NCBI RefSeq assembly: GCF_006345805.1
Contig: NC_043005.1
Coordinates: 10,664,001 to 10,728,000 of the forward strand
Length of the DNA stretch: 64,000 bases
Reading direction: 5' to 3'
Source: Octopus sinensis
Lineage: Eukaryota
The stretch's first letter is position 1; each line of letters begins with the position of its first letter. The notes under the pieces were generated by a model. That model had not been told where the DNA came from. It did not search any database and worked only from the letters and a program-made list of their open reading frames with translations. The translations under genes were made by a program, and so were the position numbers. Below, piece after piece: positions 1-10,407 of the stretch.

Positions 1-34
1 ACCTATCCATAGCCTGTTTCTATCTATCTATCTA

Positions 35-115
<81 letters not shown>

Positions 116-116
<1 letters not shown>

Positions 117-426
117 GAGGCGCAATGGCCCAGTGGTTAGGGCAGCGGACTCGTGGTCATAGGATCACGGTTTCGATTCCTAGACCAGGCATTGTGAGTG
201 TTTATTGAGCGAAAACACCTAAAAGCCCCACGAGGCTCTGGCAGGGGGTGGTGGCAATCCCTGCTGTACTCTTTCGCCGCAACTTTCTCTCACTCTTTCT
301 TCTGTTGGCCTGCTCGCTTAGCCAGTGGGGTGGCGTCATTTGAAGGCTAAAACAATGCGAAGCGCATTGTGACCAGCGATGTGTAGCAACATCTGAAAGC
401 CTGGTCAGTCACGCTGATCACGGTGA
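116..426 (+). mobile_element. tRNA-derived SINE family A, variant 3' tail, inserted in (TA)n
   Basis: Head GGAGGCGCAATGGCCCAGTGGTTAGGGCAGCGGACTC...GGTTTCGATTCC with Pol III A and B boxes; head shared with copies at 6300, 42587 and 63502. Confidence 0.85.
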
Positions 427-1007
427 TATATATATATATATATATATAGATAGATAGAAACAAGTTATGGATAGGTAGCACTATCTATACAATAGACTAT
501 ATATATATAGTCAGTTCTACTTCACATTGATACATATATCCTACTCTGTAAATTCTAAACATTATATACTAAGATTGCTGCCTTCACTGGTGTTGCAACT
601 CTGTCTGTCTGTCTCTCTCTCTCCTCTTTTTCTTTCCCATACATACATACATATACTCACACGCACACGCGCGCACGTTATATATAGACTACTTCCTCCT
701 TTCACTGATGCTGCAGCTATATGTTCTTGAAAAGCAAGCACCAATTATTGTATCGATCAAAATATTCATTCAGCACCATAATGATACCGCTGCCACTATA
801 GCCATCACTATAGCTTCAGTTGCTGGACCTAATCCTTGATAACACCTACTTTTTCCTCCCTGCTGCGTTGCTGTCCTGGTTCCTTACTCTCTTATATTAA
901 CCACAGAATTGCTGTGATTATTTTTGGTGCAAAATGCAGCAGACATATTGATCAATTTTCTTCTGCTCTACAGGAATCTTTGATAAAGGGTTTTGTTGTT
1001 TTATTTT

Positions 1008-1252
1008 CATCATCATCATCATCATCATCATCATTTAGCGTCCGCTTTCCATGCTAGCATAGGTTGGACGGTTCAACTGGGGTCTGTGAAGCCAGAAGGC
1101 TGCATCAAGCCCAGTCTGATCTGGCAGTGTTTCTACGGCTGGATGCCTTTCCTAACGCCAACCACTCTCCATGAGTGTAGTAGGTGCTTTTTACGTGCCA
1201 CCCGCACAGGTGCCAGGCGAGGCTGGCAAACGGCCACGGACGGATGGTGCTT
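1008..1252 (-). mobile_element. (GAT)n-tailed retroposon family C (probably RTE-mobilised), 5'-truncated
   Basis: GGTTGGCGTTAGGAA(A/G)GGCATCCAGC motif, CCATGCTAGCATGG-type palindrome near the 3' end, (GAT)n tail. Confidence 0.85.
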
Positions 1253-2124
1253 TTTTTTTTTGTAGCATAAAAAATATGTATGTATGAGTGTGATTGTATG
1301 TGTGCATGTGTATATGTATGCATATATGTATGTGTGTGTGTGTGTTGTGTCTCTCCATGCACACACACACACATATATTGTGCGTGTAAATTTATAGTTG
1401 CGTCACTTCACAATAGATGCTATAGTATTTATGGGATTTATCTCTGAAATAATTTTCATGCTACGATAGTTATTGATGAAATTGAGTGAGGGAAAACAAA
1501 CTACTAAATACATTAGAAAACAAAAACAAAAACAAAAAACTATAATAACCCTAATAATTTATAATCCAAGACATGTGTAACTTCATTTTACTCTTATCAT
1601 TTTGTTCAAAATATTTAGTTGTGAAATATAGAATAAAAGTATATTTCTATATTCCTATAAATAATTTTATAATAGTCTAAATTGTTGTTTTTATATGGTA
1701 ATAATATTAATGTTAGTAGTAGTAGTAGTAGTAGTAGCAGTGAGAATTATTCATAATCATCTTTTTGGTTTTCTGTATCAGAACCTCAGTAGCGTACAGA
1801 GACAGACAGCTAGATGACTTGTTAAAATAATTCCTATTACATTATCATTATTAAATGCTACTGCCAAGAGTTACACATTCCCGTTTTAGTTCCATGCAAT
1901 AGATAGAAATTCTTCTGTCGTTTGCATGATTTTCTTTCAAAAATTTCCTTATTTTTCTTCTCCAGATTTCTTTCTATATTTGTCTATTCATCTTCGTCTT
2001 TTTTCATCGAGTTTAGAAAAACAATCTGAAAATGCTGTATTTTAATGCTGCTATGATTTAGCAATTCAAATATTAGACATGCATAAAAAATGCATTCAGC
2101 TGGATCAGCTGACCTGAAAAATCA

Positions 2125-2320
2125 ATGACGAAGGGGGAGGGGTCTGGGAATACTACCGCAACTGCCACTATCTTTTCCTTTCACTGTCCAAAGAATGTGA
2201 GGATGACTCACTCGCAATCGCACAGTTGCTTTGGACATTTTCTATTTAAACACTAGCAATATCAATCAACAGCTTTACTCTTGTTCAGCTTGATGATTTT
2301 TGCATTAATATGTTTCTGGG
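2125..2320 (+). CDS. Lar: Probable signal-peptide-coding part of an upstream Lar exon (exon 1966-2320), interrupted by in-frame TAG at 2254-2256
   Basis: Strong acceptor tttccttatttttcttctccag|A at 1965/1966 and donor GGG|gtaaga at 2320/2321 in phase 1, compatible with the downstream exons. Frame reads MTKGEGSGNTTATATIFSFHCPKNVRMTHSQSHSCFGHFLFKH*QYQSTALLLFSLMIFALICFW; the last 17 residues form a signal-peptide-like hydrophobic core. The start codon is uncertain (2125, 2203 or 2293). Confidence 0.5.
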
Positions 2321-2948
2321 GTAAGAATTGACTGGAAAATAGCTGAAAGAAAAATCATCATTTAAGAAACACATTAAAATTATATAATAATAATAATAAT
2401 AATAATAGTAACGATGATGATAATAATCATAATAGTAATTAGATATCCTCCATTGTAATTATTTATGCCAGTTTCTTTTTGTCTTTTAAATTAAGAACCC
2501 TCTGTGTTACTATATACATTAAAGTAGCAATGATCAAACTGGAAATTTCTATACGCTCTCTCAGTGTCTCTTCTCTCTAAATTGTATTATAGCTAGATTG
2601 CTAAAGCTAGGTGCCCATGCTAAGTGGGAGAGAACAAGCAGTAGTTGGCTATCAGAAAAGGAGATGCAGTATCGTTCACGCACACGTGCACGCACTGACA
2701 CAAGCACACACATTATTACTTTCTCGTTTACTGGACATATTGTTCACTACTATTATTTAACATAACCCACCACCATCACCGTATTGCATTCAATGAATTG
2801 CAGTAAATAGTAGCAGTTATCTGTGTATTTCTTCAATAAACGAATTGGTTTTATATATGTTTGTGAGTGTGCTGACAGATATTTAGGAGTATTTTATGTA
2901 TCAATAAGGGCAGGAATATATTATTTAGGATTTCTATTAATATGAAAG

Positions 2949-2993
<45 letters not shown>

Positions 2994-2997
2994 TATG

Positions 2998-3032
<35 letters not shown>

Positions 3033-3430
3033 GTATGTATGTATGTATGTATAAACCTTACAATCTATCATTCTTTCTCTCTCTTCTTACCATTTCCTCT
3101 CTATCTATATATGTATGTTTGTATGCTTGTATGTGTATGAATACGAAAGGAATATTTACAAACAAAACACCCAAATCTTGTGGAAAATGAGTGGCACCCA
3201 AATTTGTATTTATTTCTTGTATCTATTTCCTGTAAGTATATGACTTCTGTGTAACAATGCGTGTATTAGCATGTGTATCTTTACACACATACTGTGAGTA
3301 TGCAGTGTCCCTTCATGTTATAATAACTACAATCAATGGTTAACAGGAAGGGCATCAAATTGTAAAACATTGTCTCAGAAAACCCATCAGACCCATGCCA
3401 GCAGAAAGCAGCAGGCATAAACTAATGATG

Positions 3431-3573
3431 CACTTAGCGGTTCGGCAAAAGAGACCGATAGAATAAGTACTGGGCTTACAAAAGAATAAGTCCTGGGGTC
3501 GATTTGCTCGACTAAAGGTGGTGCTCCAGCATGGCCGCAGTCAAATGACTGAAACAAGTAAAAGAGTAAAGAG
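3431..3573 (+). mobile_element. SINE family B, 3' fragment
   Basis: Matches the 3' third of full copies (CACTTAGCGGTTCGGC...GACTGAAACAAGTAAAAGAG). Confidence 0.85.
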
Positions 3574-4929
3574 ATGATAAACTAATAATGTTGAGTATTG
3601 AAAATCATGGCAAAATACAGACAGTCGAATGCAAGATAAATGAAGTATACATAGGTATACGTAATAATGTATATATAGATAGATGGAGATATCTGTGTAT
3701 ATAGAATGAAGTCTACATGCATATGCATTTATATGCTGAGTCAGTTCATACTGTGGTTAATAGGGGCAGCAATAAACATAATCATATCATAATCATATAT
3801 ATCATGAGTAAGCCTGCTCCTCTCCAACATATACCAGCAAGAAGTTATGAACATAGTATTAACATTTTAGAGTGCTGTCTACATATTTTAAACTATTTTA
3901 GTGTTGAGGATCTAGGCCACAAGAACAAAAGCAAGGAGTGACTCTATAAAAAAACTCTTTTGTGACTGTTTTTACAGTATTCCACAGGCATATCTGTTTA
4001 ATAGCTGCAGGTAGGGCTGTAAAAAGTTTCCTTCTCAAATCTGTAGCTTCAGATTCAGTCCCACTGTGTAATGATTTGGGTGAGTGTCTTGTAGTGTAAC
4101 CCCAGGACTTGTTAATGAATTTGAAAGACAGACTCTTCTGAAAGAGCCTGCCTTGTGTGCATGCATCTGTGCATATATTTGTGCTGCTTCTTAACATCAC
4201 ACAATAGTTGTAAAGTGTTGTTGCTCTCATCCAAGCAGTGTCATTTATTTTCAGTCTTATGTGAAAACATGTCCAGCTATGAGGAAATATCATCTTTCTT
4301 GGAAACAGTTATGGGTTAGCTACAAGAAGGGCTTTAGAAAATCTGTCTCAGAAAATTCTGTCTGACCCATGCAAGCATGGAAAAGTAGTCATTAAAACCA
4401 TGATGCTATTGTGTGTCTGTGTGTGTGAGTGTGTGTGATATCTATCCTTCCATCATCATCATCAATAATAATTAAAAATGCTATATTCTATGCTGGCATG
4501 GCTTGGATAGTTCAACAGGATCTTTGTAGCCTGAGTAGTGTATTAGTCTCCAGTGTCTGTTTTGGCATGGTCTCTATGGCTCAATGCCCTTCCTAATGCC
4601 ACTCTACAGAGTGTACTGGGTCTTTTTATTATGGCAACAACACTAGCAAGGTAACTAAGTAACTTACAAGGCAAAATTCCTTGTCAGAGTGAGGGTTCTT
4701 TTTTTTTTTTTGAAGGCGGTGGCTTTGTGCCAGATATTGAGAGGATAGAGTATGATAAAGGGAGTGTAACAAGCATCTTGCTGTAGGGAGAAAGGATGGT
4801 GGACATTAGATATGATGGCTTACCTTCAAAGTACAAAAAGTTAGAGAATAGGGACAGAAAATTGAAGTTGGTTGGCTGGGCAGGTAGGTTCACAAGAGTG
4901 TGACATAAGAGCACAAAAGTCAAAGTAGT

Positions 4930-5253
4930 GTTCTGGGTTCAGCCCTACTGTGTGACACCTTGGGCAAGTGTCATCTACTATAGCCTTGGGCTGACCAAAG
5001 CCTTGTGAGTGGATTTAGTAGATGGAAACTGAAAGAAGCCTGTCATATATATAAGTTTGTGTCTGTGTTTGTCCACCCCCCAACATCGCCTGACAACCGA
5101 TGTTGGTGTGTTTATGTCTCTGTAACTTAAGGGTTCAGTAAGAGAGACTGATAGAATAAATACTAGGTTTACAATAAGTCCTGAGGTCGATCTGTTTGAC
5201 TAAAGGTGGTGCTCCAGCATGGCCACAGTCAGATGACTGAAACAAATAAAAGA
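4930..5253 (+). mobile_element. SINE family B, diverged, 5'-truncated
   Basis: CCTTGGGCAAGTG core and the family B tail. Confidence 0.85.
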
Positions 5254-5359
5254 ATATAATTAGAGCAGCTACTACTGTAGTTTCAGGTGAAGTGAGGGAT
5301 AAGTGTATGAATATGAGTTACTGTGAAGGCCTGTGGGATACAAATTGGATGCAGATTCT

Positions 5360-5750
5360 TAGAAATTAATGATATGCTTTTAAGGACTCCAGTTTTACTG
5401 AGATGGGACTTGTCTTCTTGAACATAGTGAATCGCCATTCATCTCGCTCCTTTGTCATCTGTGTGCAGCTCAACAGGCTGAAGCTCAACATCACTACTTT
5501 GCTCCATGTCTTCCTGGGTCTCTTTCTTCCATTAGTTACTGCCACATTTAGTAATACACATCACATGACCATACCATTGCAGTGTTTTCTCTTGCACACT
5601 GCATTCAATGCTTTTTATGCTCAGTTTTCTTCTCAACACATTTGCACTTTGGTGTGCAAGCACACTGGTGTTAACACATCCAGAAGAATATGCTAACTTC
5701 AATTCTTCCTGGTCCTCACATATCCTCTGCATTCATGACCCATGTTTCAT
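5360..5750 (-). mobile_element. Degenerate RTE LINE C-terminal fragment
   Basis: LRRKLSIKSIECSVQEKTLQWYGHVM (RTE 'RLxWxGHV' motif), followed by a RPRKTW-like sequence. Confidence 0.7.
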
Positions 5751-5756
5751 TACCAT

Positions 5757-5939
5757 GCACGTAAAAAGCACCCACTACACTCACGGAGTGGTTGGCATTA
5801 GGAAGGGCATCCAGCCGTAGAAACACTGCCAGATCTGACTGGGCCTGATGCAGCCTTCTGGCTTCACAGACCCCAGTTGAACCATCCAACCCATGCTAGC
5901 ATGGAAAACGGACGCTAAATGATGATGATGATGATGATG
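5757..5939 (+). mobile_element. Retroposon family C
   Basis: Near reverse complement of 1008-1198. Confidence 0.88.
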
Positions 5940-6299
5940 TAGCATTACTGTTTGTTCACTGACATCATACAATCTGCTTTTCACCTTGAAGGGGGCAGCT
6001 TTTTGTTATCAACAGTGGTAACAGCCCTGTGGACTTTCTCTGGCAGTTTCATATTCTAGCAACTATGCTTTCAAAACATCCTCATCCATTGCTAATTAGT
6101 TTACTTAGGTAACAGAAACAATCTACTTCTGAGACTCCTCCTGGTGAGTCACGGAAATGTATTTGTATAGTGTTCTTAGTGTTTATTGTGCCATTCATCT
6201 ACCACAAACAAAGTCTACATTCTGTGTTAACCTCCCTGTGATTCGATTGCAATCCTTGTGATGCATGTCCTTAGTTTGCACTGGATACACTATATGGGT

Positions 6300-6682
6300 G
6301 GAGGTGCAATGGCCCAGTGGTTAGGGCAGTGGACTCGCGGTCGAAGGATCACGGTTTCGACTCCCAGACCGGGCGTTGTGAGTGTTTATTGAGCGAAAAC
6401 ACCTAAAAGCTCCACGAGGCTCCGGCAGGGGATGGTGGTGATCCCTGCTGTACTCTTTCACCACAACTTTCTCTCACTCTTACTTCCTGTTTCTATTGTA
6501 CCTGTATTTCAAAGGACCGGCCTTGTCACTCTCTGTGTCACGCTGAATATCCCCGAGAACTATGTTAAGGGTACACATGTCTGTGGAGTGCTCAGCCACT
6601 TACACGTTAATTTCACGAGCAGGCTGTTCCGCTGATCAGATCAACCGGAACCCTCGTCGTCGTAACCGACGGAGTGCTTCCA
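6300..6682 (+). mobile_element. tRNA-derived SINE family A, full length
   Basis: A/B boxes; direct repeat ACACTATAT at 6287-6295 and 6683-6691 (target-site duplication). Confidence 0.9.
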
Positions 6683-7965
6683 ACACTATATAGAATTATT
6701 ATCTACACCATTTTTTCATATTGAGCAGGGCCCTTTTCTTGACAGTATTAGCATACTGTCTATTTTCCTGCTTGTCAGAACTTTGGTCTTCTCCAAATTA
6801 ACTGAGGCCCTTTAACTCCAGATTTTTGCCTCCACATATGGAATTTTTTTGTAATTCTACTACAGATTCAGCTACAAAAACAAGATCATCAGCATAAAAA
6901 AAGTTCCCACAGGCAACTACTCATAAATTCCTCTGTTAGGACCTTCATAAATTGAGGTAACTGCTATAGTGGTATGTGATGTACCTTGAGAGCCGCTGTT
7001 CCAAAAAAGAATTGTGCATGCGCGCGTATATGTGTATAGATATATGCGTATATATGTCTTGCGAGTTAGTTGGTCACCTCACTTATGCTGGTTCCATGTA
7101 ATATGCACGCAGTAGACCCTGTGAAGTACCTAGCAGCCATCTGTAGAAGGACATCTATCTGTAGAAGCCATGCTAAAGCACACAGTCCTCTGCTCATCAG
7201 CTCCTGAGAAACCATAGAAAATGGATGTTAAATGATGATAATAAATGCATTTATATATTTTCTGGAAGACTGTGAGGGAAGATACCTTTCATTGTCAGCC
7301 TAAAATACTTTTTGTTTTGAATACAATGTCTATGACCACCACAGTTACATCCAGTGTGCATATAGTATGGTGTCTTAAATGCCATTTCAACTCACTTTGC
7401 TACTTCTATGCAAGTCCGTGTTGCACATCTTACAGATCATATACTCTTGTGGCTTTTGAATTTTTGCAGAAATTCTGTTTCCACGCACGCGAGTGTATGT
7501 GTGTGGATAGATATAGAGTTCCGTGCAAAACTGTAAACTGCACTTCATGTATTCTTCTGAACCCTTGGGAAAGACATGTATATTGCAATATTCCAAGTCC
7601 TTCTCTGTAATTCTGAATTGTTTTGTCTGTTTAAGAGGGAATCATTTATTTCAAATGGTATGATGAGGATCAAAAGTTTTACCCACTATAATTTTTTTTT
7701 TACTTGCTGGAAGTTATTGTGTTTTTGTTTTGAGGGGCAGTTAGGTTCCTTTTCTTTGCAATATGGCTTTTCTTTAATTCAATTTGTGTTTGCAATTCTT
7801 TTTAATTGACAAATAAGGAAATATATCGTACATGTGAAAATGCACTTATATTGTGACCATATAGACCCCCATGCAACAGAAACCTTGAACCTCAAGAGAG
7901 GCATTTTCTCTTTGAGGTACATCACTTCTACTGCTTAAAATATCTACTGTCATTCTGTTTTACAG

Positions 7966-8107
7966 ATCACAAGTATTCTCCATGCTGTAGATCTGTTCAG
8001 ATACCTGGCAGCGATATTATTATTGTCATTGTTGTCATGTCACCAGGGACTAGATATTTGGCTTGAACTGCACTGCATTTCACTTGGCCTGTCTCTCGTT
8101 GCAACTG
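7966..8107 (+). other. Candidate alternative 5'/leader exon of the Lar-like gene
   Basis: Acceptor cattctgttttacag|A at 7965/7966; open hydrophobic frame ITSILHAVDLFRYLAAILLLSLLSCHQGLDIWLELHCISLGLSLVATG; only a weak phase-1 donor CTG|gtactt at 8107/8108. Confidence 0.25.
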
Positions 8108-8879
8108 GTACTTTAAGCCATAGTAAGAACAGTTATTGCAGTGAATGTTGGTGGTTTAGAAGCTGCCTGAACATAATGAAGAAAACATTGTCACTGAGAA
8201 ATGCCAGTTGTTTTGGTCACTCACAAAATGCTAGGCAACATCTGAGAATACTAGTTTCTCAGATACTTCTATCATGTCTTCTCACTATTTCTTTTACCAA
8301 AGTCTGTTTGGTACATTTAAGGTTCCTTTCTGTGCAAATCCACTGAAATTTCTTTTTTATTATAATCTCCTTCCCTTCGTTGCCTTGATAAAGGAAAATA
8401 TTTTATTTCATTCTTCTTATTTATTTACTTTTTTCTTCTTAACTGTCTCCCATAGCAACTCCCCTCTCTTCCAATATTTCCCTGATAATTACTAACTGAG
8501 AAGTTGAAGTTAAATGTTTATTGAATTGATATTTAACTTTATCTAAACATTAGTTTAGTTAATCCCCAATCGCAGTTCTTCAGTTCTCAGTGACCAATTT
8601 TATACATTCACTGCACAAATATGATAGAAATGTTGGTACACCCATCTTCCCTTTTTTTTCATTTTGCTATCACTCGTAACCTTGTTATCGAATCTTTCTT
8701 TGTCACCTTGTTACTCCAAAGAGAAAGCATGGGGTATTTTACTATTCATTTGTGTATAGAAAAAGTACCTCTCTCAAAGCAGAAAGCCACTACTCTTTAA
8801 ATCAATCAGTTGAAACAAATCATATATTCATATATAACATCACGTTACTAACACTTTGTCATATGTATTACATATTCAG

Positions 8880-8921
8880 GTGCTAACTTAACCAACCTCC
8901 GGTATATCAGCTATTTAACAC
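8880..8921 (+). CDS. Lar: 42-nt symmetric microexon of the Lar-like gene, peptide (G)ANLTNLRYISYLT(H)
   Basis: Perfect branch point TACTAAC at 8846-8852, acceptor ttcag|G at 8879/8880, consensus donor C|GTAAGT at 8921/8922. Phase 1-1 and stop-free in the frame joining the 2320 donor to the Ig1 exon, giving ...ICFWGANLTNLRYISYLTHPPKIT. Confidence 0.7.
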
Positions 8922-9334
8922 GTAAGTATGCATGGTCAGCATTAGAGAAGCAACTAAAATAAAATATTAAGTTATAGATGATAAAGGCCCTATTCAGTTA
9001 TCCCATTAGTTACTCAGGCACATCAATTTAGTTAATATATTAATAATATTCCATTATTTTGCTTTTGCAAAAATTTAGGTTATATATAAACAATGAAAAA
9101 TGCAATTAACTGAAGTTTCTTCAAACATTATTGTTAAGTGTAATAAACTTTTCCTTTTCGGGTGGTAGGGTTGAGTTTGATAGTTTCCAGCTGATGATAC
9201 TATGTGTTACCGCAAGAATTCAAAATGGACAAGATGTGATTCCAAGTAATTTAAAGTTTTGATATCTGATGCTTTTTTCGAGCTAAAATAATCTGGTTTA
9301 CTTTAGATAGTTGAACTACAGACCCTTATGTGCA

Positions 9335-9374
<40 letters not shown>

Positions 9375-10113
9375 CACACATGCATACATAATGTCCAATA
9401 CTTATTTGGAAAAGCTATGGTTGAATTTTATAATGCTGTCCATTGTAAGGCCTCCATTTAACATATTGTTTGGATATTAGACAACTAAGTTGGATATAGG
9501 TGATTGTAAATAACGTTTATTTTTCTCAACTCCTCTTCATAAATTTGCTGACCTAAAATATGAACCCCAAGACTTTTCCTCATCTAAAAATACTATCATT
9601 TCTTTCAGTTCTTTTGAATGTATTTTGAAATATTGCTATTTGAAACTAATTTTGCAGCCAAAATAAACAGATTTTTGCAATTTCAGATACCCAACTTATT
9701 CGTCTAATATTCTATGTGTTTTTTTTTTATTATTATCATTATTTCAGTTAAGTATTAAATAGCTGTTTTTGTTGCCACAAATTCAGTGATTAAAATTTTT
9801 GTTATATCTTAAAAAAATAACATGTAATAACTGTATACCTAAAGATCAACATTGTCACTGTTTTTAGTAAATTCTCTGAAAGTATTTTTGTAGTGATTAA
9901 TTCTAGACAATGTTAGCAAAAGATCTTCTTTGACTTGAATGTCAGTTATTTCATGATATTGCCTAAGATTTAACAAAAATTTTAGTTGTTGTTTTTGTGT
10001 GCTTCAGTTTATTTTACTTATCTTTACTTTTTTTCATTTTTGGTGTTTAGTTGTTTGCTCATATTCTGGTTCCATGGATTAGAAATATTAAGAATCTCAT
10101 TTGTTTCTTGCAG

Positions 10114-10407
10114 ATCCACCAAAAATTACACTTGCTCCAAAAAACCAAAGAGTGGCCGAAGAAAAAATTGTAAGCTTTTTTTGTAAAGCTTCAGGAAATC
10201 CTGGCCCATCATTTTCATGGAGAAAAGGAAGTCGCCGCATTAGTATAAATAGAAACCGTTTGGTTATAAAGGAAATGCCACATGGGTCTGTATTGAGAAT
10301 TGAGCCAGTTAAAAAAAAGGATGCCGGTAGTTATTATTGCATTGCTGACAATGGTATAGGAGCAAAAGCTAAGGCAAATGCAACTTTGGAAGTCTTTTCA
10401 AAAATAG
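10114..10407 (+). CDS. Lar: Internal exon encoding the first Ig (I-set) domain of a LAR-family (type IIa) receptor protein tyrosine phosphatase
   Basis: Acceptor ttgtttcttgcag|AT at 10113/10114 and donor AG|gtgagt at 10407/10408; 294 nt, phase 1-1. Peptide PPKITLAPKNQRVAEEKIVSFFCKASGNPGPSFSWRKGSRR...GSVLRIEPVKKKDAGSYYCIADNGIGAKAKANATLEVF matches, from memory, the Ig1 pattern of Drosophila Lar and vertebrate PTPRF/D/S (SFxCxAxGxPxPxxxW+K; SxLRIxP; YxCxAxNxxG). Confidence 0.9.

Noticed and set aside
116-195. tRNA-like sequences at SINE heads (also 6300, 42587, 63502, 44341)
   Set aside because: No complete cloverleaf, and always fused to SINE bodies; counted as SINEs.
993-1265. His-tag-like ORFs HHHHHHLASAFHAS (also 5781, 14403, 32823)
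   Set aside because: The (CAT)n tail of family C read on the opposite strand.
9191-9245. Possible extra small exon after tttccag (donors GTGATT at 9236 or GTAATT at 9246)
   Set aside because: Short pyrimidine tract and no clear branch point; the stronger donor gives 55 nt (frameshift) and the frame-preserving one is weak.
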